DNA of 64,000 nucleotides from Antechinus flavipes (GCF_016432865.1 NC_067399.1:390228001-390292000), one strand, 5' to 3'; shown: positions 12,879 to 34,629, numbered from the stretch's first letter. The notes: generated by a model not told the origin, from the sequence alone. A program made the numbers and translations.

Positions 12879-14405
12879 ATGCAGGTTATGCTAGACACAC
12901 TTCGGCGGGTAAGGAAAACACTGTTTCTGGTTATTTTACTGTATGTGAGTGATGTGGGCTTGGAGCTTATGGGGGCTCTATGGTGGCGAATGTAGCAAAG
13001 GCCCTGGGACTGAAGGTGGGGGAGCTGGTAGTTCCCCAGCTGGGTTCTCTTAAAGCATACATAACAAAGCGTATTTGCTGCTTAAAGATGATTTCGAAAG
13101 ACCCGAGATGTGCTTTTAAAATGAGAAACTAGATTGGGAGGAGCTAAGTTGTCTCTCCAAACGCTGTGTACTGCCATTCAGTATCTAACTCGAAAGCTCT
13201 TTGCACTTCATCCAGATTGAAACACAAATGACCGTGTTCCAGGACTTAAAGATTCCCCTGATCATCCGTGAAAGCACCACTTCTCGGTCTGCGCCACAGC
13301 TCGAAACTACACTGAACATAGACTAGGAAGCAATCAGATCCCATTTTCTATTTTCACAACAGAATTGGAGTTATAGCGGAGGGCAGAATTTCCATTGAGT
13401 TAGTGTTAAATACGGACAAACCGTTTTATCCGAGAATGGATAGCGTATCTGAACCCCTATCAACAACTTCCCAAGTCCTCATCGAATTTGTGGAATTTAA
13501 TGAGAATGGACAAAAATCATGGAGAAATAGCTTACCTATGTACTACTCTATCCATAATGCTAGCAGAATTTTTTGAAAATAATTAAGTATCTGTTTATTT
13601 TCTCTCAGAGTGCATTTGATTTATGGAACAATTCCCCTTAATTGTAAATATAAAGCCCAGTAACAGTGGAGCCTTTTGACTATGAATCCGAATGATTATT
13701 TCTCTTAGCTGACCATGTGATCATTTAGCATCTCAAGACCTGACCTGGGACTATTTTTTTTTAATCCCAAAACCAGTATTCCGAGATATCAGCTAAAAGG
13801 AAAAAAAGTAATAGCCTTAGTAATGGGAAGATCTGGGTTCAAGTTAACACCTTTGATACCTAACTAGTTGAGTATGACCTTGAGCAAGTAACAACAACCT
13901 AGTGATCTACTCAATTCTCAAGCCTGATAGTTGCATAAATTCCTGCATTAATTGAGGAATTTTTGTCACGAGGAAGTTCTATGTACCAATGAAATCATAG
14001 ATTTAGTTCATATGGCCTCCTCGATTTAAAAAGAATTACCTGCGGAAAAAGAAAGAATGGTTCGCCACATATAAGAGAATTTTGCACTGAAACTTCCTAT
14101 GGAGAACTACTACAACTTGGTAAACCAGGGAATAATGGACAAAGAAAGCAAAAGCATATAAAATATAGCCATTGTGCTTCTTCATATCCTACAGGTCCAA
14201 ATAAGGTATCTCAAAACCAGTATGAGAATCTCCTCGTCTGCTTGTGTCTTCTCCTCATTTCTCTGCACTTCCATCAGTTATACTATATTCATGCTTTACC
14301 AATGAAAGAAGAAGAAACATAATACAGACTGGAACTACTTCAATCAATTTCTGGCCTCTGGATGACATCCATATTGGGAACCTGTCCCAATTGTGTCTGA
14401 CCAAT
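12879..14405 (+). pseudogene. PCDHB: Extremely eroded protocadherin-beta relic
   Basis: Signal-like MQVMLDTLRRVRKTLFLVILLYVSDVGLELM, then [18 protein letters not shown] (~12973), NEKLDWEEL (~13120), CVLPF (~13165) and VLIEFVEFNEN (EC2 end, ~13475-13507). After a SINE gap come FALKLPMENYYNLVNQGIMDKE (EC4, ~14080), a TM/ERRRN remnant and DDIHIGNLSQ-LCLT (~14360-14402). Confidence 0.8.
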
Positions 14406-16012
14406 CAGTTGGGAAAAACTATAGTGCTGGGATAGAGAGGAAAATCTTAATTCTAATCCAGAGTAATAATTTCTTCATGTTCCCATTCTAATGTTTCCTC
14501 ACTCCATTTCTATTACAAATGCCATAATCTAGTTACTAATGGATTAACATGTTTATATTCATAAACATTCTTTTTTCTTCTTTATCCTTAGAAATAATAT
14601 AGTTGTAAAATATTGGAGTTGGAAAGAATGATAGAGATCCAACTCTTTCATGTTACAAATGAGAAAATAGATAGAGAAACTAAATGACTTGCTCAAAATT
14701 TTAGAGCTCATTAGCCGCAGAGCTTAGCTTAAAGTTCTAATCTTTTAATGCCGAAGTTCTCAGTCTTTCCATTCTGCCTTTTCTTCTTTGGTATTTTCTA
14801 TGCTTCCCTATTTCAATTAATATATTTTTGAAGTTAGGATGATCATTCTTTCCTGTTTAAGGAACAGATTTCAAGATTTTCAATACATTTTTTAAGTGGA
14901 TTTCCAAACAACATGCACTACTGGAAGCAAATGCATCAGAGATATCCAGCCATGTTATATCTTCAAGGATACAGAGAAAGTTATCTAGTTCAACACTCCC
15001 TATTATGAAGACATTTCCTCTCCTCTACCCTCAACAGGTGTTTAAATTTTTATTTAAATATTTCAAGTGATGAAGAGTTCAGTATCTCATATTGAAATTA
15101 TTCCATCTTAAAAATATTTGAAAATTTTGCCTCAACTTCATCTTAAGTATGTCTTTCAGTATACTTCACTAATGAGTTTTACACAGAAGTCTGATCACTT
15201 TGCTACTTGACAGTCCTTCAAATATCTCAAGATATATATATATTTCCCCTCTCCATTTTCATATCAAAAATCAAATTTTCTTTTCTGGCTTCTTCCTAAT
15301 ATGGCTACTAGATGAGCTCTAGTTTATTCCTCTTAAAATGTGTCACTAATAAGTAAACATTATTTTTGAAAGCATGTAATCAGACAAGTGAAAAGTGCAA
15401 TAGCTTTCTATTGCATGCAACCAAAGAATGCAAAATGAATTTTTGGCAGGTGGATCACACCTAGCCTTGCAGCCAACTACATGGAAAAGCTAAATGGAAT
15501 GCTGTGAAAGACTTACATTGAAAAATGTGATAAAAAATCAAATAATTATTTAAGTACTTGTGGATTCAGGACCATCTTAGCATCCTATTCATGATCTAGT
15601 TGTTGCAATGAGGTTTTTTTTTAGAGCAGAGTTTTGAAATTTCATTATGACATCAATGTGACAAAGTGAGAAAGGAAGATATGCACTCCTCTTTCTGAGA
15701 CATAATATCCTTTATATTAGTTAAGAATTCTACTTTCCACTTAATTATGTCTTCTCTAATTTTGAAATCATTTTCACTGATATTTGTGTTAGTAAAAGCA
15801 CTTGTCCCAAGCTAGCCACGGTTACATATAACTCTCCATAATAATTTGGGCATATGTGTGATATTGATGTGTGGTGTCTACAGAAAAATCAAATAACACG
15901 CCCTTTTAACTACAACTAGAGCTCAAAATATCCACTGGAAAACTAAACACATAAGGTCTTATCGCCTGAGAAAGCAAATTGAAAACTGATTGAGAAAGTA
16001 AAAGAAAAGCAG

Positions 16013-16039
16013 GACGCATGGTGGTGCTGAAGGATAAGG
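16013..16039 (+). promoter_or_regulatory. CSE / CTCF site, CGCT box mutated to TGCT
   Basis: gacgcatggtggtgctgaaggataagg, 263 bp upstream of the pseudogene ATG. Confidence 0.8.
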
Positions 16040-16275
16040 AGAATAATTGTTCTGTTAAAAACAAAACAAAACAAAAACACAACATCCTCCATTATTCTGT
16101 GACTCGGATTGGCTTTAACTAGCCCCAAACAAAACAAAACAAAAACAAAAATCAAGTTTTGTTAGCAGGACCTGGTGGATAGTAAGGACCCCAAAGGAGT
16201 TATTTATTCATAGGCTATTGGAGTGCCCAGAGGTGTGGATTGAGATAAACCAAGCATATTTTCCAAGGGGTCAGT

Positions 16276-18599
<2,324 letters not shown>

Positions 18600-19030
18600 G
18601 GATAGAGATATTTTGCAGTGCATTCCTATTATATTTTGTCATTGTTTCTATGCTTTTATTTTCTATTCTTCTGTGTCAGAGATAAATTTATTATTAAAAA
18701 CATATATCATAATAATCTTTCATTTTCTCCTTTCTTGTTCTGTTCTTTTTTTATAATTTTTTTCATTTCCTTTTTGTATTTGAAACAAACCTGGATGAAA
18801 TTCAAATACAAAAGGAACTAATATTAAATACAATTTCCTAATGACAATAAAGAAAAAGAATTTACAATACATTATGATTAACAGGTCCTTACTGAAAAAG
18901 CAAGGATAAAGTCAGGCAAAATTCACTCAACCTCTTCACCCAAAAGGTGAAAGAAGAACATATAGATAGGTTCATCAGTTATTTGATCTTCAGAAATTTT
19001 AGTATCATTATGAATTAAAAACAAGAATTA

Positions 19031-19190
19031 GGGCAGCTAGAGGGCACAGCTGATAGAGTACCAGCCCTGAAGGTAAGAGGGCCAGAGTTCAAATGTGACC
19101 TCAGACACTTAGCACTTCCTATTGGATGACCCTAAGCAAGTCACTTAACCTTAATTGCCTCAAAAAAACAAACATACACAAAGCAAACAA
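19031..19190 (+). mobile_element. WSINE1-type SINE
   Basis: gggcagctagagggcacagctgatagagtaccagccctgaag...gcaagtcacttaaccttaattgcctc followed by an A-rich tail. Confidence 0.85.
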
Positions 19191-20158
19191 GAGCTAATGA
19201 CTTTTACTACAAAAACAATGTGAACAGGAAATTTATGGGACTTAGATAGCAAAGCAGAATTCTATAAAGTAAAATTTAGTATGATGCTTTGATTTTTTAA
19301 AATAATATTTCCTCCCATGACTTTTTGTGGCCTTCTGAATAGTGAGGGATAGAAAATTAAATAGATTGTTTCAAATTTGCCAGAATCAAAGCAAATATTC
19401 AAATAAAACACATTTTGAAATTGTACATAAAATGGAAAATATACATGATTCAAAAAATGAAAGCATATGTTGAAATTTGTAAAAAAAAAAAGTATCAAAA
19501 GTTTTTATGTTTGCTTCTATACTTCTTTTTGAATAATTTTTTCATTCTGTGTATTTTTAAATTTTGATGCTATCTTATTTTCATAGTTGTTAGGTACATA
19601 GTTTTACACCGTGTGTAATTGTTGATTAGAATGTTCTTTGCATTACTTCATTTAAGTCTTTCCATATTTATTAATATTCTTCATATTGCCTTTTCTTTTG
19701 GCATTATATTATATTTCATTAAATACTTATGTCACAATTGTTGGTAATTCCAGAATCCATTTTTTGTTTTGTTTCTGTCTATTAGAAATGGTGTGTTGTT
19801 AGGAATATTTTTTTCCCCCTAATTGAACCTTGGTTTCAGTCAGAAAAATCCAGCATTTGTTCCATAGTGGAATCGTTAGTTCAAAGAGTGAGATTTTGAA
19901 GCTAAGATTGTGTGATATTTCCTTTCCAAAGTATTGTTTCTATTTACAATTCTTATAGTAATGTAGTGTTGTGCCTGCTTTCCTAAAGCTGCACCAGCTT
20001 TGAATTTTTATCATTTTTTTCTATCATTGTATCACTGTGAATGTAACGGATATATGATGGTATTGTATTTCAGAGTTCTTTTAAACCATGTTGTTTTCAT
20101 TAGTAGAAAATTGGAATACTTTTTTTGTTTCCTTCTTACAGCCTCTGTATTATTTTTT

Positions 20159-20205
20159 AAGAACTAGCTATCTGAAAAAAAAAAAAAAAGAACTAGCTAT
20201 CTGAA
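20159..20205 (+). mobile_element. Poly(A)-only retrotransposition footprint with ~16-bp TSD
   Basis: aagaactagctatctg occurs at 20159-20174 and 20188-20204, flanking an A15 run. The first copy is preceded by tttttt, giving a TT/AAGA L1-endonuclease-type site. Confidence 0.7.
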
Positions 20206-21724
20206 CCATCTGTCTACTTGTTTATGGAGGAATGACTTAACAATTAGAGGTGTTAAAATGTAATGCAATTTCCAAAAGTTGGAGATTTCAATCTAAGGCT
20301 TTATGACAATTTTTTACAGAACTTGTAGAGGCACCTCTGCTTCAGGTAAGAGATGGACAAGTGGAAGTAGATGAATGAAATCAAAGGCTCTTGATTTGGA
20401 AGCAGATAACTTGAGATTGAATCCTCAATTTGCCACTTTTTATCTCTATGAATTTGGCAGAATCATTTAGCCTCTTGGGTCTCAGTTTCCTTATCTTTAA
20501 ATAAAAGAGGTCTGACCAATTACTCTCTAAGATCTCTTTCAGTTGAAAGTCTCTTGAATGATTTCTGAGATCCCTTTAAAATATAAGTTGTAATGAATCG
20601 ATGAAAAAAGCTATTTAAGAAAACACAAATTAATTTATAAAAGATACAAATTTTATTGTAAAAAGTTTAAGGGAATGACCAATAATGGATACCTTCATTG
20701 AGAATAAAGAATATTTTAAGTTTGGTGACATTAGTACTCTTTTGAAAAGATTCAAGTGCCTCACATGGTATTCACATATGTCTGAACCATTAAAAATTAA
20801 CAGAGAAGATGAGAATGGACCAAAAGCAAAGGTTAAAAGCTAAAGCATTCTCATGTAGTCAGCATTAGCCAATCCTTTAGAAAGATATGTTCTTTTCTGT
20901 TGGTTTTCCAAAAATACACATTCACAATTGATTGTTACCTTAATATGTTGTAAAATAGTTATGCTCCCATTCAGAGATTTTATTCAGTATTCAGAGACTG
21001 AAGTGAAGATTCTAGATTTTTTCTTCCCTATCCAGAAAATTATCTTTCCTAGCATGACAAATTTAGAGAGCAGCTAACCTTATAAACATGTTTTCAGAAA
21101 GAATCTGAACAAAGTTTAAAAACATATGTCATCCAAACTACCACCCCTCCTAATCTAACTAATTCTGGTCACTTCTACTTCTCCCTTCCTGTTTCTCTTT
21201 TGAAACAGAAATGACATAGGGTTTCTTGAATCCAAACTCAAGTTAGTTGTGTATCAAGGGAAAGAAGTCAATTTATATAAATGGATAATAAGATAAAGAA
21301 ACCTTTACAAGGTTCATTTAGAATTTTGACTGTGCACGACAATGACATTTGCTTCACCAAAAATGGCCCAGGTGAAACAGATAGGGATACTTCATAAACT
21401 AATTTCACCAAAGTAAACTGGAGGGAAAACTTCAACTGCTGGAAACCCAGCAAAGGAAAAAAAAATTATATAGGAGTCCTTTAGCCTACTAAAGTCTTCA
21501 CTTTCACTTCACTGCTGCCCCACCTTATGGTTTTTTAGAGATCAGTCAGATGATTTTTCTGGTATTAGGACATGATTTTGCTAAGCTAACTAAGTTGTCT
21601 TTCATTTAACCTATACTCAGTAGTTGAAACAGTGATTTGGCAGCTCTGAATAGTTTGCAGGTTCATGGATTTTAGTGGGTTTAGATGTAGAGAAAATATT
21701 AGAGCTCAAAACTATGTGTTTTTA

Positions 21725-22135
21725 AGTTTTTAAAAATTAATTAATTTTAATACACATTGCTTTATGAATCATATTGGGAGAAGAAAATCAGAACAAATAG
21801 GAAAGCCCTTGAAAGAGGAAAAAAACAGAAAAACAAGTGAACATAGCATGTATTGATTTACATTAAATATCCCATATCTCTTTTTCTGGATACAGATAGC
21901 ATTTTCTGCCCAAAACCTATTGGGATTGCTTTGGATCACTGATGAATTCCTGGTTCTGCTTGTTTTGCTCAGCATAAGTCCTTGTATATCTTTCCAAATC
22001 TTTCTAAAATCCTCTAATTCATCATTTTTATAGAACAATAATATTCCATTATCTTCATGTACCACAACTTATCCAGCTATTCTCCAATTGATGGCCATCT
22101 ACTCATTTTCCAATTCTTTGTTATGACAAAACGAA
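21725..22135 (-). mobile_element. L1 3' fragment
   Basis: ORF 21769-22065 contains LLFYKNDELEDFRKIWKDIQGLMLSKTSRTR (L1 ORF2 end), followed by 3' UTR. Confidence 0.85.
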
Positions 22136-22647
22136 TCCAGAATGGTTGGATGATTTCACAATTCATATCAGGAGTTCTTAACCTAAAATCTTTAACTTTA
22201 AAAATTTTAAGAAGTGTATTTCAGTATAGTTCCTTTCCTTTGCGATCTGACTTATTTTATTTTATGCATTTAAAAAACATTATTCTGAGAATTTGACCCC
22301 CTTCTGCTAAAGAGATCCATATAAAAAAAGTTAAGAACCATTGATGTAGGCCAGCTTCTTTTATATATGAGAAAAATGAAGCTCCAAAAATGCAATGAAT
22401 AACTTAAGAGCACACAAATAATAATACAGCCAACATTTTAACTCAGATCCTTTTACTTTAAATTCAGTGCTCTTTCTACAGGTGTATTATTTGCTTTTCT
22501 ACATTTATGAGCTTCCACCTTCCCTCCCCTTTCCCCCAACATAATCTGCAAAATAATTACCATCTGGAAATTATGGGGAAGAATTTTGGAGAAATCGAAT
22601 TTAATTTCAATTTTTAAAGAAGAAAGTTTGAAATTTTTGAAATACAA

Positions 22648-22791
22648 TTTTTCCCCCTAAGGCAATTGCGGTTAAGTGACTTGCCTAAGGTTACACAGCT
22701 AGGAAGTGTTAAGTATCTGAGGTCACATTTGAATTCAGATCCTCCTGACTTCAGCGTTGGTGCTTTAGTCATTGCGCCACCTAGCTGCCCC
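22648..22791 (-). mobile_element. WSINE1-type SINE with 10-bp TSD
   Basis: taaggcaattgcggttaagtgac...gccacctagctgcccc, flanked by tgaaatacaa at 22638-22647 and 22792-22801. Confidence 0.9.
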
Positions 22792-23104
22792 TGAAATACA
22801 AACTTTATATAACCTAGTGCACATTTGCTGGATTTGATATGTGGAGACAGAGGTTTCTTTTCTTTATTTGCCGGTTTTCTGGATATAAAAGTCACTTAAT
22901 CTCTTGAACCATCCGTTTTCTCATCCTTAAAAAAAAAATGGAAGTACCTACCTCATAGGTAGAATTAGATTTGATAAAATATAAATAGCACTTTGCAAAC
23001 CTTAAAAGATTTTTTAAAAATCACTATGGGCTTTTAAAAATATTCAATGTCTTATTAATTTAATATTTAGTATCGCATATTAAATATTTATAGCCATATG
23101 CATG

Positions 23105-23315
23105 GCCAACTCTTTATGACTCCATCTGAAGTTTTCTTGTCAAAGATGATTCAACATTTCTTTCTCCAAGAGAAAGCTCATTTTACAGACGAGAAAACTG
23201 AGGCAAACAGAATCAAATAACTTGCTCAGAGTCACACAGCTGAGTTTCTGAGATGGATTTGAAATGTTCTTGATTTCAGAACCGGCTCTCTATCCACTGT
23301 ACCACCTACCTGCTC
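23105..23315 (-). mobile_element. Mar1-type SINE abutting the PCDHB fragment
   Basis: ttttacagacgagaaaactgaggcaaacag...gagtcacacagctg...ctctatccactgtaccacc. Confidence 0.7.
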
Positions 23316-23316
23316 T

Positions 23317-24292
<976 letters not shown>

Positions 24293-24512
24293 ATTTTGTT
24301 CTTTTCACTTCCTAGCTTGAAAATATACCTAGACTTATGAGGTATCATAATTACACTAAAACAAAACATGATGTCATTCCTGGGCGTTTACAACATTGAT
24401 ACAGATCACCGTGTAAAGATCAAGTATATTTCTTGAAAATACAGAGCAGAATTCATGTTTTGAAATTGGGTGTAAAGAACGTTTGCATTGTCAACTATGC
24501 AAAGACAAGACA

Positions 24513-24539
24513 TCCGCGTGGTGTCGCTGCAAGCTAATA
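24513..24539 (+). promoter_or_regulatory. CSE / CTCF site with G>T change in the core
   Basis: tccgcgtggtgtcgctgcaagctaata, 225 bp upstream of the ATG at 24738. Confidence 0.85.
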
Positions 24540-24737
24540 AGAGGCAGAAAAAGACACAGGACACGCCAAGGCTCAAAAAAAGACATCCCTGAATCAAAGA
24601 CAGTCAGAAAGAAGATAGAAAGCTTTGTTAGCTGGAAATGGGGAACGGTCCTGCACCTGCAATTTTCGGAGGTTTCTCTGGCTATTGTTTCCGGTTGAAC
24701 AAGGCTACTCCATGGGATAACGGAACGGGAAAGGACG

Positions 24738-27048
<2,311 letters not shown>

Positions 27049-29279
27049 GTTTGACTTGTTTTGATCTATTTAGAGACATAGTTTTTCCCTCTTGCATCCC
27101 GCTCTTTCTCCCCATTATTAGTTGTCAACTTTTAGTAGCAAAAGAGAAGAGATTTTTATGCTATTACATTGTATTATAACTCCTTCTTCATTCACACAAA
27201 CATTTTCCTCTTCTTCCTATGTCTTTTCTCCGTAAATATTTCATTTTTTTCTCCTTATTTCTATTCTTGTTATGTCTTTGAATTTTCTTCGGCTTACTCT
27301 ATTCTCCTGTTACTTTTTCAAAATGAACAAACCATCATCTCTTCCCTTTCTCTCTTAGATTTTAAAATATTTTTCATTTAACAAATTCAGCAAATATTTT
27401 AACATCCTTAGTCTTGATGTTGACTCGGTACTCTCCCTCAGAGTTATGCTATCCTGTCTCACCTGCAAAGGAATATTTTTCAAGATTTCATTCTTATCAT
27501 GTCAGTAAAAACAACTATGCCTCATCTTAAGAGCAATTTTAACATTTGTTCTAATGTTCTGGATGATTTTCACCTCTCTCTCTCTCTCTCTTTTTTGTAA
27601 AAAATCTTTTCAAGGAGCAACAATGATCTTGTAAGCTACTAATTGTGACCACAAAATTTTTAATAATTGCTCATGTATTTTTTTTTAATCTTAATACATT
27701 CACTTTGATATTATTTTAAAATAATGGATGGATTTCCCTCAAAATACTCTCTCATTTGTGGTTTCTGATTTCAATCTTGAAAGTATTATAAGCCAATAAA
27801 ATTATAAGAAAAAACACAGAACACTAAGGTATTGGTGAAAAACTTTTAGGAATATATCATTAGGAAACTAAGAGAATTATATGATAAAGTATTGTGACAA
27901 AAGATTGAAGGTCGGTTTAGAGAAAATTATAAAGGATGCAGACTGGTCCAACTATTCAATGTACCATAAATGACTATTATAATCTTTACACAAACTTTAG
28001 TTGAGTGACAAGAAAGGATTGCTTGGTGCCTTTGGCTACGTGATGCTGTAAAGTAATTCTAGTGAGCTACTTTTAATATGATTATAACACTTTTCTTCGG
28101 AGTGTCACATTGAATTTTGCTTATCCTCCAAAAGCCCAAGACACGAAAAATAAATTTAAATGAATATGTCTTTATTTTGTCTTCCTACTTTGAGGAATAT
28201 CTAGATTAAGGGAGCATATTCTTGGCCAAAAGTGTTGTTTCAAATGCTCAGTTTTTCAACTATTTGTAAACTGACCAAGATTCCAACTTGAAACTTTCTC
28301 AGTTTTATTACAGAAGAATCATCACAAGTCATCCACTCTATTAATTTTCTGTTGTATATTTAATGCATATCTTTGAAGAAATACAATTTGAAGTACAATG
28401 CTAAATTGTATTTATTTGAGATGTTATTTTTGTTATTTTATTATTTTATTACTTTAAAAATCAAATAAGGAAAAAATCTATTGAAATAATATTTAGATTC
28501 CACAACAGGTCAAAACACTTTTCTTTCTTCTATGACCTGATGCACAAGACATATGTGATTTCTTCAATTTGAGAACTATCGGTGACTTTATAGATATAAT
28601 TCTTAGGGAGTTGCCAGAGGCATAGGCACATATATGTTAAACCATTCAGCAATAATTACATAACTAGTAAGTGTCAGAGGTAGGATTTATTACTAGGTAT
28701 TTCTGACTCCAAATCCGGTCTTCTGTGTTCCTACTCAATTCCACCATGCTATCATTTATTTTGTGACATTAATATAGAAATGATTCATAACCCCACATCA
28801 CTAAAAACTAATACAGGAAAAGTGAAACTGAAGTTGAATTTACAATGTCAAGACATTCTCAGCATAGAAAATCATCAGAAACACCATTGGATCTTTTATA
28901 TCCTCTTTTTGCTTTCCTTTAGTTATTTCAGAAGTTAATTTGGTGAAATAATTCAAATTATTTAAATTTCAAATTCAAAGGCACTCTTCTTTTGGTAACA
29001 AAGAAAAAGTAAAGTTCCTCAGAGCTATATCTTTTTACTTGGATTTGTTATTTTTTTATTTTGAACTGTACAAAAAAAAATAACTCCACAACAGTATTTC
29101 ATTACAAAAAGTAGAACAGAAAGAAGGGATTGTATATTAGGCCACAAATCTCCATTATTTACATTTTTCTTTGTATGTATGAATAATAAATTCAATATGT
29201 TACTTTTAAAATGTATTACTTTTGTTTTCTTCTGCTCTTCCTTTTGTACTCTGGGCAATTTAAAGAAAGATCCTTATTG

Positions 29280-29410
29280 TTCTCTCTGTCCTCCTTCCCT
29301 TTCTCCTTTCTTTTTAATTCATTATTTCTTCTTTCCTTCTTTTTCTTTCTTCCTTCTTCCCTCTCTTTCATTTCCTCTCTTTTCCCCTTCCTTCTTTTCT
29401 TTCTTATGAC
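29280..29410. repeat. Polypyrimidine (CT/TTCC-rich) low-complexity tract
   Basis: tctctctgtcctccttccctttctcctttc...ttccttcttttctttc. Confidence 0.8.
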
Positions 29411-30203
29411 AAGAGCCATTCTCTCACATAGGAGCAAAGGACCATTAATCAAATTATTTCTCTCTTCTCTTCTAAACTGATGTAACTCTAAAAAAAAAAA
29501 AAAAAAAAATCATTCTCTCCTGATGCCCCTGTTCAGTCCAAAGGAAACTTTCCAAGAAATCCATTTTCTAAAAAAAAACAAACACACAATTCTGAGCTCA
29601 GACCACTATAGTCTTCCTTTTGAGGGTAGTCATGTCAATCATAAAACAATCAGGTAGCATTAGTATCCAAAATTTACTAGGAAAGTTCCTCTTGGGCCAT
29701 GAGTCCTTACAAATTTTCAGTTGTGTAGAATGGCTTTTAAGAACATAGTTGTTTTAAGATTAAAAGCTTCTTAGGATCTCTTTTTAGCCTTATGGGCTCA
29801 CATACTTGAGGAAAACAGAAAACATTAGCTGCTTTTAAAAAGAATTCCGTTTCTTTCTCCAACCCAAGCTTGGTATTTATTCCCCTTTTTACCCTAGTTC
29901 TCTAAAGGACTTCTTCCCTAAAAATCGTAGAATGGGCCTGTGAAACAGCCTATTGATTGCTAGAAGGATTAGAGAGGATTGCATCGACTAAAGACTGAGC
30001 TCCTTTTAAACGAATTTAAAATAACACATATCTCAATATTTTGAAACGAAGTTGTGAATGTTTACAGCATTGATCCAGATCACCCTGTAGAAAAGATATT
30101 ATAAACTCTGTCAATTTCCAAGTGGAATTCAAGATAAGCTGTCCTTTAAAAGATATGCAGTGCTTGAGAAATCAGCAGAATTAAGAGAAACATAATAAAA
30201 CAA

Positions 30204-30230
30204 GCCGCATGGTGGCGCTGGAAACTAAGA
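30204..30230 (+). promoter_or_regulatory. CSE / forward CTCF site of gene A
   Basis: gccgcatggtggcgctggaaactaaga with intact CGCT box, 229 bp upstream of the ATG. Confidence 0.9.
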
Positions 30231-30411
30231 AGACCAAAGGATCTGCTGACACGTTAATACCGACAAAGACTGTTGGGAAGGAGAAAGGAAATTTTGTTAG
30301 CTGGAACTGAGGGGAAAGACGTGTTTTGCATATACCTGAGATTTCTAAGGAACGGAAGATAATTATATCTTCTGGAGGCCATTTTCGGTTGAGCTGCTCT
30401 ACCCAGGTTGA

Positions 30412-32826
<2,415 letters not shown>

Positions 32827-33228
32827 TGTTTTGCCCTTTGTTTCAGTGGATCATCCTCCCACCTCCCAACGTTGATTTTCTTTCTGTAGCAAAAAATACA
32901 CTTCTATGATATCCCATTTTATTATAATATTCATTCTCTTCTCCACTTTCACAAACATTTTGCCTTTCTCCTTGCATCCTTAAGTTGAAAAGCCTTCATC
33001 TTGTTATTCTTCTTTTGTATTGGATTTTTTTTTCTAGTTTACTCAAATTTCTTGATTTTTAGCAAAGTGAACTTGAATACATTCTCTGTCCCATTTCAAA
33101 CTTAGACTTTTAATGCTTGTGATCAACGAATTTAACAAATGTGTTGAACATCCTCAGATTTGATTTTTATGGAATTCTCTGTTTTGAAAATCATTTGCTG
33201 TATTATATGTTAGAAAATGTTTTCCAAA

Positions 33229-34070
33229 CCAGGATACTAATACATTGTTGGTGGAGTTGTGAACTGATCCAACCATTCTGAAGAGTGATATGGAACTATT
33301 GTCTCTCCCCCTCCCCCCCCCCAAAAAAAAAGCTATCAAACTGTGCATACCCTTTGATCCAGCAGTGCCTCTACTGGACCTGTATCCTAAAGAGAACATA
33401 AAAAAGGGTAGAGGACCCACATGTCTAAAAATATTTATAGCAATTCTTTTTATATTTGCTGAATCAGAAACTGAATGGATGTCCTTCAGTTGCACAATGG
33501 CTGAATAAGTTGTGATATATTAATGTTATGGAATATTATTGTTCTTTAAGAAATGATTGGCAGGATGTTTTCAGAAAGGTCTAGAGAGACTTACATGAAC
33601 TGATGCTAAGTGAAGTTAGTAGAACCAAGAGAACATTGTACATAGCAACAATAAGATTACACAATAATTAATTCTGATGGATGTGACTCTTTTCAATAGG
33701 GAGGTGATTCAGGCCAGTTCCAATGGTCTTGTGATGGAAATAATCATCTGTACCCAGAGAGAGAGAGGACTGTGAAGATTGTGTGGATCATAGCATAATT
33801 ATTTTCACTTTTTTTATTTGCTTGCATTTTGTTTTCTTTCCCATTTTTTCCTTTTTGACCTCATTTTTCTTATGCAGCATGATAATTATGGAAACATGTA
33901 TAGAAGAATTGCACATGTTAAGCATATATTAGATTACTTACTATCTAGGGGAGAGGATGTGGGGAAGGGAGGAAGAAAAAAAATGGAAGGCAAGGTTTTG
34001 CAAGCGTGCATGTTGAAAATTATGCATATGTTTTGAAAATAAAAAAAAAAGCTTTTTAAAAAAGAAAAAA
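33229..34070 (+). mobile_element. 5'-truncated L1 with poly(A) and 17-bp TSD
   Basis: L1 ORF2-end motifs (PFDPAVPLLDLYPKE). The TSD is agaaaatgttttccaaa at 33212-33228 and agagaatgtttcccaaa at 34071-34087, with 2 mismatches. Confidence 0.9.
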
Positions 34071-34629
34071 AGAGAATGTTTCCCAAAGTTAATCTTTTTC
34101 TTGATGAATACAATTGAGTTTCTCTTGAATGGTAATTCAGGTCTGTTTGTATTTTTCTCCTTTTTATTCTCTTCTGTGTTATGAAATTTTCAGAGGTGCT
34201 ATAATTTTACAACTTTGTTGCTTTGATTACTATAATTTTATATATAACTATAGCTCTTTTCCTTGATATTTGTGAGATTCAATTGGATGGGTTTTTTAAA
34301 AAAACATTTTACTATATTGAAGTTTTTAATACATATTTTTCCCTCAATTTCATGTAAACAAAAAATTTGGTATTTGTTTTTTAAAATGTTGTGTTCCAAA
34401 TTCTCTCCTGCTTGAGAGGGCAAACAACTTGATATAAATTATACATTTGCAGTGATGTAAAGTATCGCCACATTAGCCATATTGCAAAAGAAAACACAGA
34501 AAATACTTAGGAATAATAAAGAGAAAAAAATTTAAAGTTGCTTCACACATTTCTTTGATAAGGTCTCATTTCTTAAATATAGAGAGAACTGAGCCAAATT
34601 TATTTTTTTAAAAAAAGGCATGCCCCAAC

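Noticed and set aside
29179-29480. Overlapping hydrophobic or Lys/Glu-rich ORFs (also 44069-44451, 18618-18821 and 8384-8602)
   Set aside because: Low-complexity translations of pyrimidine-rich, T-rich or microsatellite tracts.
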